A stretch of 63,999 bases of DNA, filler included, from an uncultured Methanoregulaceae archaeon (GCA_964530035.1; 5 parts of 5 records of this genome joined end to end with filler, not necessarily neighbours in it); one strand, 5' to 3'. Shown: positions 21,420-32,394, numbered from the whole stretch's first letter. Program-made: numbers and translations. The notes: generated from the sequence alone by a model not told the origin.

Positions 21420-22310
21420 TATCAACCTGTTGGCTGAATTTTTACTATAAAGGTTTTCCACTCCACTATGAGACGAACGCGGAGAATGTGTTGAATGTGT
21501 GCAACTCCTCGGTGTAGACCAAATTATTGTCTACCCTGCTGGGGAAATCAGGAGATGGATGGGAAGTAAACCTCTATTCATCCTGTGTTGGATGGCCCTG
21601 GAATTATAAGATCCGTCCCCTGAGGTGAAATGCGCTCAAATCGGGCTTTGTTCTCTCTCCTTCAACACCACACAAATCCGGAAATCCATGAATAATGCTC
21701 TTTTCCTGTTCCGGTGGAAAATACGCTCAAATATTGCCTTTTTTAAAATACGATTGGTTTGCACCTCGCCTAACAGCAAATAAAGCCCTTTAAATTGAGG
21801 CGAATCTTTCAGTACACCCCATGAAAGACAAGAAAAAGACTAGAAAAAAATAAGTGCCAGATAACACCTTTTCATCACCCCATATTGAATAAAGGCTCAT
21901 TAATCCATTTTGATTCTCACTGTTCTCCCCATCTCCCGGCAAAAACAACCTCCTTCTCATCCTCGAAATACCACCCCTCCCTAACAGGGTGATCCCTGGT
22001 TCCTGACTATCTGCCGTATCGGAACACTTCGGGATCCTTTCCATTGCGGCAGGAATGAAGTACTTGACAGGAACCCTGCCTATTGCCGGTCAGATGATTG
22101 AATTCCTGACCGAAAAGATGAGCAATGACCGGACTGCTTTTTAATGTATGGATCCATCGGGAGGGTCCGGCAGCCCGGCATCGGGAGGATCTATCAGTTT
22201 CGGGAAGCCGGTCTGATTTCCGGAAGGGGTTTAGGTATTCTCCGTCCTGACCTTTTTTCTTGAAAGACGTTATTGCGGTGGCCTTTCAGCATTTCAGGTC
22301 TGAAAATGTA

Positions 22311-22889
22311 TTATACCGCAGCCTGGTAGGCAAACTTGTACTGGGCGGTATCATCGGCGGTGTGGGGGAGGTAGAAAATAAACCGGATAGATTTTGTGGA
22401 ATCGGTATCAGGGACCTGGAAGGTTTCGGACATGATATAGGCGAGTACCCGTGACTGGTTTGAGACGACGTTTCCCTGGGTCCGCAGGGCGAATTCTGTA
22501 GAATTACAGGCGGTTGTGGTACTCATCGGAATCCTCATGAAATACGATGTCTCCTGGAAACACCCGACGCCCTTGTAAAACGGTTTGCTTTGAATGACAT
22601 TTCCCTGACGGTCCTCCATGTGGATCTCGGGGAGTTTCGTAGTATTCCTCAGGGTCAGGGCGTAGGGGAGTTCCACGAATTTGTAGCCGGTTTCAGGAGT
22701 GATGTTCTTTTGTTGAAACTCTAAGGTTTCGACAACACTGGGCTCATATATTCGGATATCTGCAAATGAATTTCCAAAACTGCTGTTGGCCATGACGGTA
22801 GTCGGGACGGTGACAGCCGGTTTTGATACGCATCCGCAGAATGAAATCATCAGGATGATGAAAAGGCTCAACAGGACGGTCTTTTTCAT
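22311..22889 (-). CDS. Hypothetical lipoprotein
   Basis: MKKTVLLSLFIILMISFCGC lipobox; TPETGYKFVEL. Confidence 0.7.
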   Translation of the reverse strand: MKKTVLLSLFIILMISFCGCVSKPAVTVPTTVMANSSFGNSFADIRIYEPSVVETLEFQQKNITPETGYKFVELPYALTLRNTTKLPEIHMEDRQGNVIQSKPFYKGVGCFQETSYFMRIPMSTTTACNSTEFALRTQGNVVSNQSRVLAYIMSETFQVPDTDSTKSIRFIFYLPHTADDTAQYKFAYQAAV

Positions 22890-23018
22890 GACATAGAGAA
22901 ATTGCCGGGTTGGATGATAAACTATGGCAGAAGGCAGCCAGGAGGTGCTTTCATCAGGGAGTCGATCATCCCACCGTCTCCCCGGATACCTATTTCCGTT
23001 GCCTGCAGAATTCATAGT

Positions 23019-23600
23019 ATGGACCGTGTCCTCCTCGTCCTGCTTCTTGCGTGTTGTATTGTTATAACGGGCTGTATCTCCGGTTCCGGGTCGGGAGCCG
23101 GCGAGAAAACCCCGGTCACCACACCCCCGGCGACCATTGTGAAGACACCGGTCGTCATCACGGCGACTCCTGTCCCCACCACGCTGAAACCCACTCCCAC
23201 CGTCGTATGCTCCCACCCGGCGACCGGAACGATGCTCATGTCTCCGTCGGTGGCGGGGTCAAAGTCCCTGACGGTGGACAACCAGAACAAGTACGATGCG
23301 GTTATCACGCTCCGCATGTCGGCAAAACCCCCTGAAAGCGGGGGAAAAGTACTGAGTTTCTATCTCCAGGCCCATGACCAGTATACAGTTCATACCATCC
23401 CGCAGGGCAGCTATACGCTCTGGTACAAACTGGGAGAGTGCTGGGACCCGGTTGCGAAGAAATTCGCCGTGAACAGGAACGCCGAACGGTTCCAGGACAT
23501 CCTCACCTATTCGTACAATACTGCCGGATTCGAGGCAAAAATTTACGGGGTATCGGACGGAAACGCCCTGACAACGGACGTTTCACCCGACATGGTGTGA
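23019..23600 (+). CDS. Hypothetical lipoprotein with Thr/Pro linker and beta-rich C-terminal domain
   Basis: MDRVLLVLLLACCIVITGC lipobox; LTVDN...DAVITL...IPQGSYTLWYKLG. Confidence 0.75.
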   Translation: MDRVLLVLLLACCIVITGCISGSGSGAGEKTPVTTPPATIVKTPVVITATPVPTTLKPTPTVVCSHPATGTMLMSPSVAGSKSLTVDNQNKYDAVITLRMSAKPPESGGKVLSFYLQAHDQYTVHTIPQGSYTLWYKLGECWDPVAKKFAVNRNAERFQDILTYSYNTAGFEAKIYGVSDGNALTTDVSPDMV

Positions 23601-23611
23601 CGAGGGGAGAA

Positions 23612-25081
23612 ATGGGGACCACCCTTCTTGCTGCCATGATTGGGCCGGACGGCAAAGGTCTGATCATGAATGTGGGGGACTCGCGGGGCCACCTGATCGA
23701 CGGAAAGATACTCCATACACAGAACCAGAACCTGGCACGGGACATGGTCGAGTCCGGCCGTCTTACCGAAGAGGAGGCCATGAACCATCCCTCCTCGAAA
23801 ATTGTCAACCAGGCACTGGGTGAGATCGAAGCCCCGGTCCCTGATTTCTACGAGTTTGATATTCAAGGAAAATACCTTCTTCTTTCATCTGATGGCCTTC
23901 ATGACTTCGTGCATAAGGAAAGGATTCGGGAGATCGTCCTGGAACACGGAAGCAATCCTGGAGGTGCTGTCAGGTCATTGATCGATGAAGCACTCCGGTG
24001 CGGCAGTGATGATAACATCACGGTGGTCCTGGCCTGGCAGGAAACAAAGAATACGAATCAATCCAGGGTTGAGACACAGGATGAGTTCCAACACAATACA
24101 GATCCCATAACCGGTCTTTCCCAATCACCAACACGGGGTAGAATCCCAAACGAGAAAGATGAAAATTTTGTCATCATAGGGTGTGGGCGGGCCGGGATCA
24201 GGATACTAAACCAAATTGGGCATGTTCAGGAACACTCCGTTAAAACCGTTGCGATTGACACAGATCTGCGTGATCTTGAAGCATCAGGGAGTGATATGAA
24301 AGTTCACGTGGAAAACACCCATGCCAGATTTCAGGGAGAGGGAAGTCCTCAAGAGGTTGCGGCCGCGGTGCTTGATGCTGAACCTGATTTGGCATTCCTT
24401 TTCGGACCATCAAAAACGGTACTCATCGTTGCGGGTCTGGGAAGAGGTGCCGGAACAGGTTCTGCACCGCAGATTGCGAAGATTGCCCGTGACCGGGGAG
24501 CGCTTGTTATCGCAATTGTTTTCTACCCCTTTCGAATCCAGGAAAGAACAATCCGGCAGGCAGAATCCGGACTCGGGCAGCTCCTTGAATATGCCGATTC
24601 AGTTATCGTCCTTGACAATCAATGTTCCCGTAATTTTTTTCCTCATCTATCCATTGAACAGGGATTTGCGAAATATAATGAGATCATTGCCGACCTGATC
24701 CGGGCCCTCTTACGAAGCCTGACTGTTCCAATCCCATTCGGCCTTGATATGGATGATTTCAAGGCGATTTTTAAGAAGAAGGGATTTTCAACAGTCCTGA
24801 TGGGAAAGTCCCGGAAACAAGACCAGAATAAAAATGAAAGTGCCGTGAAAGGATGCATAAACAACCCCCTGTGGGATATTGATTACAGGAGTGCAAAGGG
24901 CTGTCTCGTCCTGGTTACAGGGGGAAACAACTTCGACCTGATAGATGCGGAAGAAATTACGACCTCAATCACTTCAGATATTGATCCCCACGCAGACGTA
25001 GTCTGGAGTGCTGAAATCAACCGGAACCTGGATGAGGAAACACAGGTGTATGCCATAATGACAGGGATTCGGGTGGAATGA
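23612..25081 (+). CDS. Fusion: C-terminal half of a PP2C/PPM phosphatase + diverged FtsZ GTPase domain
   Basis: MGTTL, NVGDSR, LLSSDGL, GSDDNITVV (PP2C); IIGCGRAG, AIDTD, GLGRGAGTGSAP, VLDN, LDMDD, NPLWDIDYRSAKG, AIMTGI (FtsZ); GAGGGGAG upstream of ATG 23612. Confidence 0.85.
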   Translation: MGTTLLAAMIGPDGKGLIMNVGDSRGHLIDGKILHTQNQNLARDMVESGRLTEEEAMNHPSSKIVNQALGEIEAPVPDFYEFDIQGKYLLLSSDGLHDFVHKERIREIVLEHGSNPGGAVRSLIDEALRCGSDDNITVVLAWQETKNTNQSRVETQDEFQHNTDPITGLSQSPTRGRIPNEKDENFVIIGCGRAGIRILNQIGHVQEHSVKTVAIDTDLRDLEASGSDMKVHVENTHARFQGEGSPQEVAAAVLDAEPDLAFLFGPSKTVLIVAGLGRGAGTGSAPQIAKIARDRGALVIAIVFYPFRIQERTIRQAESGLGQLLEYADSVIVLDNQCSRNFFPHLSIEQGFAKYNEIIADLIRALLRSLTVPIPFGLDMDDFKAIFKKKGFSTVLMGKSRKQDQNKNESAVKGCINNPLWDIDYRSAKGCLVLVTGGNNFDLIDAEEITTSITSDIDPHADVVWSAEINRNLDEETQVYAIMTGIRVE

Positions 25082-25241
25082 TATGATAATAAATTGGATT
25101 TGATAAAATCACGAGTATAGGATCCCAAATCCATTAACAGGAATATATAGAGACTTTTTTTGAAATTTCAGCTGTTATTGAACACATTTCCCATGCCGGG
25201 CATCTGATGAGTACCGAGGAGCATCGGACTAAAAGTCTGAA

Positions 25242-25316
<75 letters not shown>

Positions 25317-25571
25317 AATTGCCCTGCTATGTTGTCCGTGATTCCACTTAAGTCTGACTATTCCGGGCCGGACTTCGGCACGTTTCCGACCGCGAACAGG
25401 CCCGTGCACCCTCCTGATAGTCCCAGGTGCGGAAGGAGATGGCCCCGGGACTCCTGCCGGATCCCCTCCAATCCATACTTAGATCCCCTCCGATCTCCCC
25501 GGCAAAAACCCCCGGGCCACCGCCACCCAACATCACTTATATCACTGCTCCGTGCGAATGGATAGGAGAAC

Positions 25572-26684
25572 ATGGCTGGCCTTGAAGAGCAGATCCGGGA
25601 GATCGAGGACGAACTCCAGCGGACGGTCTACAATAAGGCTACGTCCAAGCATATCGGCCGGCTGAAGGCCAAGCTGGCACGGCTCCGCGACGACGCGGTC
25701 ACCCGTGCGATGAAGTCGGCCGGGGGCGGCGAAGGATACTCCGTCAAGAAATCAGGCGACGCATCCGTCGTCCTCGTCGGCTTCCCTTCGACCGGGAAGT
25801 CGACGCTCCTCAATACCCTGACCGGGACGAAGAGCGAGGTCGGTGCCTACGCCTTCACGACGCTTACCGTCGTCCCGGGGGCCCTGGAACACAAGGGGGC
25901 GAAGATCCAGCTCCTCGATATCCCGGGCCTGATCGCCGGGGCGGCCATCGGGAAGGGCAGGGGAAAGGAGGTTATCGGTGTCGTCCGCTCGGCCGACATG
26001 ATCGTCATCCTCGTCGACGTCTTCAACGAGAAACACGTCGACGTGCTTTTAAAGGAACTCTACGACGCCGGGATACGGGTCAACACCCCAAAACCCGACA
26101 TCACTATCAAGAAGTCGATGCTCGGCGGGATACGGGTCAACACGGTCGGGGCGCTCGACCTCGACCTCGACGAGATCCGGTCCATCCTCGGCGAGAACAA
26201 GATGATGAACGCCGATGTCCTCATCAGGGGCAACGCGACCCAGGACGAGCTCATCGACGCCCTGATGGGCAACAGGGTCTATGTCCCGGCCGTCATCGCC
26301 GTCAACAAGGTCGACCTCATCGAGAAGTCCACCTGCAAGGCCATCGAGGATGACCTCGTGCGAAGGTTTGGCCAGCCCCCCGAGATGATCTCGGCGGCGA
26401 CCGGTTACCACATGGAACACCTCAAGGACCGGATCTACGACGCACTCGGATTCATGAGAGTCTACTTAAAACCCCAGGCCGGCGAGGCCGACCTCGAGGA
26501 GCCACTCATCATCAGGACCGGGTCGGGTGTCGAGGACGTGTGCCGGAAGCTCCACCGCGACTTCGTCGACCGCTTCCGGTATGCCCGGATCTGGGGGAAG
26601 TCGGTCAAGCACCCGGGCCAGCGGGTCGGTCTCACCCACCGGTTGAAAGACGGCGACCTCATGACCATCATCATCGAGCATTAG
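25572..26684 (+). CDS. DRG/Rbg-family (OBG class) GTPase with TGS domain
   Basis: YNKATSKHIGRLKAKLA, GFPSTGKST, YAFTT, DIPG, NKVD, QRVGLTHRLKDGD. Confidence 0.95.
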   Translation: MAGLEEQIREIEDELQRTVYNKATSKHIGRLKAKLARLRDDAVTRAMKSAGGGEGYSVKKSGDASVVLVGFPSTGKSTLLNTLTGTKSEVGAYAFTTLTVVPGALEHKGAKIQLLDIPGLIAGAAIGKGRGKEVIGVVRSADMIVILVDVFNEKHVDVLLKELYDAGIRVNTPKPDITIKKSMLGGIRVNTVGALDLDLDEIRSILGENKMMNADVLIRGNATQDELIDALMGNRVYVPAVIAVNKVDLIEKSTCKAIEDDLVRRFGQPPEMISAATGYHMEHLKDRIYDALGFMRVYLKPQAGEADLEEPLIIRTGSGVEDVCRKLHRDFVDRFRYARIWGKSVKHPGQRVGLTHRLKDGDLMTIIIEH

Positions 26685-26847
26685 CCGACCGTTCCGTCCT
26701 TTTTTCAGGAGAGCCTTTCATATTACCGTACCCGGGAAACGTCCGGATACCTGCCATACCGTCACACACTCCCCCGAACGGGCCCGGGTGGATGATGGAG
26801 GCAACTTCCTTAAGGTTGAATCGCAGATTTCCTGAAAGGGTCATTCA

Positions 26848-28149
26848 ATGAAAAAGACATCAGTACTAACCTTGTCCATTGCACTCTGCCTCGTCCTGGT
26901 GCTCACCGCCCTGGTCCTCCCGGTCCTGGCTGACGCAGGTAAAGTCCCTGGAACAGGGAGCCTCATCAGGGTTGCCACAGGGGACCAGGTGTTATCGTCC
27001 TGTTCATTATCTGGTGACTCCATCTTTTTCGTTTCCCAACGTGACTGGTCATCACCTGCTGACCTCAGCCGCTACCGGATAGCTGACAAAAAGATAAGCA
27101 TGGTCCGCCAGGGCTGGGAAGGCCCTGACCCACCCCGGGTCTCAGGAAACCGGGTCGTCTTTACCAGGGCCCGTACTCCTGATGGCAGGAACACAACGGT
27201 ACGGTCAGATATCTATCTCCTTGACCTCGCAACCGGAAGGGCGGCCTTCCTTGGGACGAGCACAAAGGACCTGCCGGACGTGGCAATCTCCGGGGATACC
27301 GTCGTCTGGGAGACCGGGACGGACAAACCGGTCTGGCCCGGCCTCACCAACACCCGGACGTATTTCACCTCATTCAACCTCCCGGAACGGAGAAAAACCG
27401 ATATCGTTCCCAACCTCCCTGACAACCCGGAGGACCCTGTCATCGACGGGGATCTCGTCGTATACAGCGGAGTGAGCCTTGGCCCGGTGAACCAGTCCGA
27501 TCGGCATACTGCCTTCACGAGCGATATCTTCTGCTATAACCTCACTTCCAGAAAAGAACAACAGATTTCGTCTTCCGGGACGGCCTATAACCCTGCGGTA
27601 TCGGGCTCCCTGGTCACCTGGGAGGACACGAGGAACGGAAACGTGGACATTTATCTCTACAACCTTTCGAGCCGTAAGGAAACCGCCATCTGCCAGGACC
27701 CTGCCGACCAGCGGAACCCGAAGATATCCGGTGACTGGGTCGTGTGGGAAGACAAGCGGCACCAGCCTGCCCCGGCCCCGGTAACCGTCTGCCCGAAAGG
27801 AGAAAACTGCCCTGTCGAGACACCTCCACCCCCGGTTACGGACATTTATCTCTACGACCTTGCGACCAAGAAAGAGACCTGTATTTCTGTCGCTCCGGGA
27901 GCACCATACCAGTCGAACGGTGACAACCGGGAACCCGTGGTATCACAAGGCCGTGTCGCCTGGATGAGAGGCGAGGACCTGATGCTCTACTCCGTCACTG
28001 ACGTAAAAGCACCCACCATAACCACGAGTACCAGGCCAACCGGGAAAGTCCCGATGCAGCCCTCCTATCCGACACGGGCTGGTCCGCTGAAATTTTCAGT
28101 CCCGGCACTGAATTTCTCCAGGCTCCCTTTCTTTACCCTGTCCGGATAG
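26848..28149 (+). CDS. Secreted beta-propeller repeat surface protein (methanogen TolB-like type)
   Basis: Signal peptide; repeated P.ISGD.VVWED.R.G..DIYLY.L units. Confidence 0.85.
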   Translation: MKKTSVLTLSIALCLVLVLTALVLPVLADAGKVPGTGSLIRVATGDQVLSSCSLSGDSIFFVSQRDWSSPADLSRYRIADKKISMVRQGWEGPDPPRVSGNRVVFTRARTPDGRNTTVRSDIYLLDLATGRAAFLGTSTKDLPDVAISGDTVVWETGTDKPVWPGLTNTRTYFTSFNLPERRKTDIVPNLPDNPEDPVIDGDLVVYSGVSLGPVNQSDRHTAFTSDIFCYNLTSRKEQQISSSGTAYNPAVSGSLVTWEDTRNGNVDIYLYNLSSRKETAICQDPADQRNPKISGDWVVWEDKRHQPAPAPVTVCPKGENCPVETPPPPVTDIYLYDLATKKETCISVAPGAPYQSNGDNREPVVSQGRVAWMRGEDLMLYSVTDVKAPTITTSTRPTGKVPMQPSYPTRAGPLKFSVPALNFSRLPFFTLSG

Positions 28150-28430
28150 CGTGCTCCACCCAGGAGGGATTCCGGAGAGGATAACGGGAGTCCGCCCCCC
28201 CGGCCTGTAACCACCATTTTTCTTCCGGGCACTATGGTTTCTGGATGGAAACGGTCCTTTCCGGGGGGCTCTTTACAATGGTACACAATTGAACACCCGG
28301 GTCAAGGAAAAGCCGTTCGGTTTTTGATTACCCTGTTAAGAAAAATTACCTTGCCAGAATCACGTCAGGGTGGGACATGCAGTGAAACCTCATGCAGGAA
28401 TCAACACCATACTACCAGGGTATGCCCTTC

Positions 28431-28630
28431 CCGGGGGGCTGCTGCCCCCCATACCCCCTGCATACGATAGCCATGGCAAGCCGTTGGCGATTCCGTCATC
28501 AGGGTTGTTTATGGAGGGTTTTTATAGTTTTTAGTCTTTAGTGAGATTTTTTCCCGGTTCGAAATCTTCATGAAAGGCCGTGAAACCGCCGCCGGGGCGC
28601 CCTTCGGGGGCGGCGGGGTATCTTTCCGGG
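28431..28630 (+). repeat. Dispersed hairpin-rich repeat, copy A
   Basis: CCCCCTGCATACGATAGCCATGGCAAGCCGTTGGCGATTCC and CGCCGCCGGGGCGCCCTTCGGGGGCGGCG shared with copies at 43181 and 52859 (opposite strand). Confidence 0.9.
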
Positions 28631-28650
28631 ATATTCCTTTGCGCTTCAAC

Positions 28651-28745
28651 CGAGCTGTTTTTGTTTTCACCTTGAACAGTCAGAGGAATGGAGGGATGAG
28701 AACCGGGGGGCTGCCGCCCCCCAAACCCCCTGCATACGATAGCCA
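28651..28745 (+). repeat. Dispersed repeat, copy A2 (tandem, cut by contig end)
   Basis: GTTTTCACCTTGAACAG...GGGGGGCTGCCGCCCCCCAAACCCCCTGCATACGATAGCCA. Confidence 0.9.
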
Positions 28746-28845
28746 NNNNNNNNNNNNNNNNNNNNNNNNNNNNNNNNNNNNNNNNNNNNTTAATTAATTA
28801 ANNNNNNNNNNNNNNNNNNNNNNNNNNNNNNNNNNNNNNNNNNNN
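28746..28845. other. Artificial contig linker
   Basis: N-TTAATTAATTAA-N, 100 nt. Confidence 0.98.
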
Positions 28846-30148
28846 TCAGGGAGGAGCCGATGTACTGGCCGGCCGAGGTCGCGGCAAGCGACTCCGCCCG
28901 CCGCCCTGATGATGACCGCCGCTCGAGACGGTCCTTTTTCATCCGTTCCCGCATCCCTGCCGGGTCGATCGGGGACCCCACGGGGAACACCTTTTCAAGA
29001 CCGGGGCGTTCGCGGGGCTGTCCCTCCCGCGGCGGATCACCTGAGGACTGCTTCCCGGACTGCTCCTGTTGGTGCCCGTGCCGGTGTTCCTGAGGGGGCT
29101 GCTCCTCCGGCTTCGAATGTTCCATCGCTTCCTTCAGCTGGTCCTCGGACAGTTTCGGCTCTTCGAAGGGCTTTCTCCGCATCCGGTGGGGGAGGGCGAG
29201 CTCCATGGCCTCCATGACATCATCCCGTGTCACGTCGGTCCGCCCGTGGAATGCCGCAATCGTCCTTGCCGTGCGGGAAACAGTGATCTCAGCCCGGTGC
29301 GTGCGGATACCGAGGTTCGAACAGGTCTCGGCGATGAGCCGGAGCAGGTCGTCACCCAGCCGGACATCGGGGAGGACCCCGCGGGCCCGGGATATCGTTT
29401 CCTGGAGGCCGGCCTGCTGCCCGTCGAACATCCCGGCGAACACCACGGGGTTCGTGGCGAAGGACTCCGCGATGCGCACGATCTCCATCCTCTGGCCGAC
29501 GTCCCCGATGGCGTCGACCGTGACCTGCAGGCCGAACCGGTCCAGGAGCTGGGGCCGGAGTTCGCCCTCCTCGGGGTTCATCGTGCCCACGAGGATGAAC
29601 CTGGCCGGGTGGGCGACCGAGATGCCCTCCCGCTCCACGACGTTCTCCCCCATCGCCGCCGCGTCGAGGAGGACATCGGCGACATGGTCGTCGAGGAGGT
29701 TCACCTCGTCGATGTACAGGATGCCCCGGTTCACCTCGGCAAGGATCCCGGGTTCAAGCGCCCTGATGCCCTCCTTGATCGCCCGTTCGATGGCGATGGA
29801 CCCGACGACACGGTCCTCGGTCGCCCCGAGGGGGAGGGTGACAACCGAGACCTTCCGGCGCGTGCTTTCTAAATTTTCACCGTTCTCGACCCGGTCAAGG
29901 CAGATATCGCACATCCCCGAGGGGTCCTCCGGGTTGCACTGGAACGGGCAGCCGGCGACCACCTCGATCTCGGGGAGTACGTCGGCAAGCGCCCGGACGG
30001 CCGTGGACTTGGCCGTGCCCTTCTCGCCCCTGATGAGGACGCCGCCTATCCCGGGGTTGATGGCATTGAGGACCAGGGCTTTTTTCATCTGTTCCTGGCC
30101 GGTAATCGCGGTGAAGGGCAGCGTGTGGCGTCGTCTCCGGGCGTGCAT
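28846..30148 (-). CDS. ChlI/ChlD-like chelatase AAA+ ATPase (3' end lost at linker)
   Basis: [51 protein letters not shown], then charged linker typical of ChlD-type proteins. Confidence 0.92.
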
Positions 30149-30551
30149 GGTATACTCTCATGGGGAGTGCTTTCTTAAATATTTTTTATTTTGACCTATT
30201 TTGTGCATGAAGAGGGCACTTTCAAAGATAATTTGTATTACGAAGTCTATAAAAAATAGAACCGGCACTGGCGGGCCGGCCGGGTGTGGAAGAACTCCAG
30301 GGGGCCAGGGAAAGGGCGTTTGCCAGTTCCAACCCATGCAACGGGCAAATACATGACCGTTGAGCTCCGGACGATCCCCGGTATCACGGGGATAGGGGGG
30401 GCTCGTCTGAAAAGGTACCCGGTTTTTCACATTTTGTATCCGGGAAATTTCCCTGGCCCGGGGTGCGGTCTCTCCGGTGAAGACAGGACCCGGCCCGATA
30501 AATTGTAATCAATTTTTTAATTAAGACAAACCAACTTGATCATGACGTATC

Positions 30552-31274
30552 ATGCATATCATGGAAGGTTTTTTACCGGCAGGCTGGTGTCTCGTCTGGT
30601 GGGCCGTCGCCCTGCCGTTTATCATCATGGGAGTCCTGGAACTCCGGGCTTTACTCAGGAAGGATCGTGAATACCTCCCCCTCCTTGGCGTCTGCGGGGC
30701 CTTCATCTTCATCCTCTCCGCCCTGAAACTGCCTTCTGTCACGGGCAGCTGCTCGCACCCGACCGGTACCGGTCTTTCGACCATGTGTTTCGGCGTCTTC
30801 ATCACCACGCTTATCGGCGGGATCGTCCTGCTTTTCCAGTCGCTCGTCCTCGCCCACGGGGGACTGTCCGTGCTCGGGGCAAACATGGTCTCGATGGCAA
30901 TCGGCGGCCCGATAGCAGGATATGCCGTGTACCGGCTCCTGAAAAACACCCCGGTGAACATCTATATCACGGTGTTCCTCGTAACCGCGGTTGCCGACCT
31001 TGCCACGTATGTCATCACCTCCCTTGAGCTCGCGCTCGCCTACCCGGCGCAGGCCGGTGGGGTGGTAACCTCATTTACGACCTTCTTCGCAATATTCGCG
31101 GTCACCCAGGTACCCCTGGCAATCGTGGAGGGCTGTGTCCTGGCACTCGTCTTCAAGTACATCGTCCAGCTGAAACCGGAGATCCTGGAAAAACTCGGTG
31201 TCTTCTCCCGTGACCAGATCGAGAAGGCCCGTATGACCGGGGAACCCGTCGCTCCCACAGAGGTGCGGTCATGA
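30552..31274 (+). CDS. cbiM: Cobalt ECF transporter S component CbiM
   Basis: N-terminal MHIMEGFLP; GSCSHPTG; AHGG. Confidence 0.95.
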   Translation: MHIMEGFLPAGWCLVWWAVALPFIIMGVLELRALLRKDREYLPLLGVCGAFIFILSALKLPSVTGSCSHPTGTGLSTMCFGVFITTLIGGIVLLFQSLVLAHGGLSVLGANMVSMAIGGPIAGYAVYRLLKNTPVNIYITVFLVTAVADLATYVITSLELALAYPAQAGGVVTSFTTFFAIFAVTQVPLAIVEGCVLALVFKYIVQLKPEILEKLGVFSRDQIEKARMTGEPVAPTEVRS

Positions 31275-31585
31275 TACGGGTACGGGACTACCTGCTGGAG
31301 ATTATCACCGCGGTCGCCATAGTAGCGTTCATCCTCATGTTCCTCGCGGCGAGCTCCGGAGGGACCCATGAGTTCATTGGCTCCGATAATGTCGGTTCGC
31401 AGAAGATTGCGGAACTTTCAGGGAAACCAGTGGACTCCTACCTCCCCCTCATCCCCCAGTACGAACCCCCGAGCGGCGAGATTGAAAGCACCCTCTTCGC
31501 GCTCCAGGCAGCCTTCGGCGGGGTCCTCCTCGGCCTGGTGTTCGGGTACTGGCTTTGCCAGAGGAAACAGGCAAAGGTTTCCTGA
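31271..31585 (+). CDS. cbiN: Cobalt transport protein CbiN
   Basis: EPPSGEIESTLFALQAA; two TM helices. Confidence 0.93.
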   Translation: MIRVRDYLLEIITAVAIVAFILMFLAASSGGTHEFIGSDNVGSQKIAELSGKPVDSYLPLIPQYEPPSGEIESTLFALQAAFGGVLLGLVFGYWLCQRKQAKVS

Positions 31586-31590
31586 CCTCC

Positions 31591-32394
31591 ATGCTTGACC
31601 AGCTCCTCGACCGTGTCGCCCAGCAGAACGCGTTCCGGTGCGTACACCCGGGCACCAAACTTTTCCTGGGCCTTGGTTCCCTCCTCGTCTGCCTGGTCGC
31701 ACCGTCACCCCTCGTCCCCCTTGTATCAGGGGCCGTGTTAAGCCTCGTGCTCATCGGCCCGGCCCGGATCCCCCCGTTGACGTACGGGAAGGTCCTGCTG
31801 GGGCCTGCCGTCTTCACGGTCATCAGCGTGGTCATCCTCCTGTTCCTGGTCGGAGGGGGAGAGGTCGTGTGGCAGTTCAGCCCTGTCGCATGGTTCAGCC
31901 TCACGGTCACGGAGGGAGCGGTCAGGCAGGGTGTGCTGGTCCTCTGCCGGGTCTTCGGGTGTTCGGTCTCTCTCTTCTTCATCGTGCTCACGACGCCCAT
32001 GACGGACCTCTTCGACGGCATGAAACGGGTCCGGGTCCCGGCCGAGGTGATCGACCTGATGATGATCACCTACCGGTACATCTTCATCGTGTATGACCTG
32101 GCAGGCGAGATATGGCGTGCACAGGTCATGCGGCTCGGGTACCGCCGGCCGGTCGAGGCGGTCCGGTCCTTCTCCATGCTCTCCGGAATGCTCTTCATCT
32201 CCAGCTGGAACGCGGGGGAGGACCTCGTCCGTGCCATGGACAACCGCTGTTACAACGGTGTCTTCCCGGGCCTCGAACAGGCCGCACCGTTCAGCCTGCG
32301 CTCGGTCATACCTGCGGTCCTGTTTCTCGCCTTGCTCATCGGGCTGTGCGGCTTCGTCCTGGTGGCGCCGGGCTGGGAGGTGGGCGCGATATGA
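31591..32394 (+). CDS. cbiQ: ECF T component CbiQ
   Basis: LTTPMTDL, YRYIF, AQVMRLGY, AMDNRCY. Confidence 0.92.
   Translation: MLDQLLDRVAQQNAFRCVHPGTKLFLGLGSLLVCLVAPSPLVPLVSGAVLSLVLIGPARIPPLTYGKVLLGPAVFTVISVVILLFLVGGGEVVWQFSPVAWFSLTVTEGAVRQGVLVLCRVFGCSVSLFFIVLTTPMTDLFDGMKRVRVPAEVIDLMMITYRYIFIVYDLAGEIWRAQVMRLGYRRPVEAVRSFSMLSGMLFISSWNAGEDLVRAMDNRCYNGVFPGLEQAAPFSLRSVIPAVLFLALLIGLCGFVLVAPGWEVGAI

Noticed and set aside
21514..21534. GTAGAC-N9-GTCTAC inverted repeat
   Set aside because: 6-bp arms are expected by chance; no supporting context
23438..23611. N-terminal 58 aa of the 547-aa ORF as the missing PP2C half
   Set aside because: Overlaps the lipoprotein gene in another frame and has no PP2C motifs
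30150..30551. Cobalamin riboswitch between the chelatase ATPase and cbiM
   Set aside because: No recognisable B12-box elements found by eye; an Infernal RF00174 search would settle it
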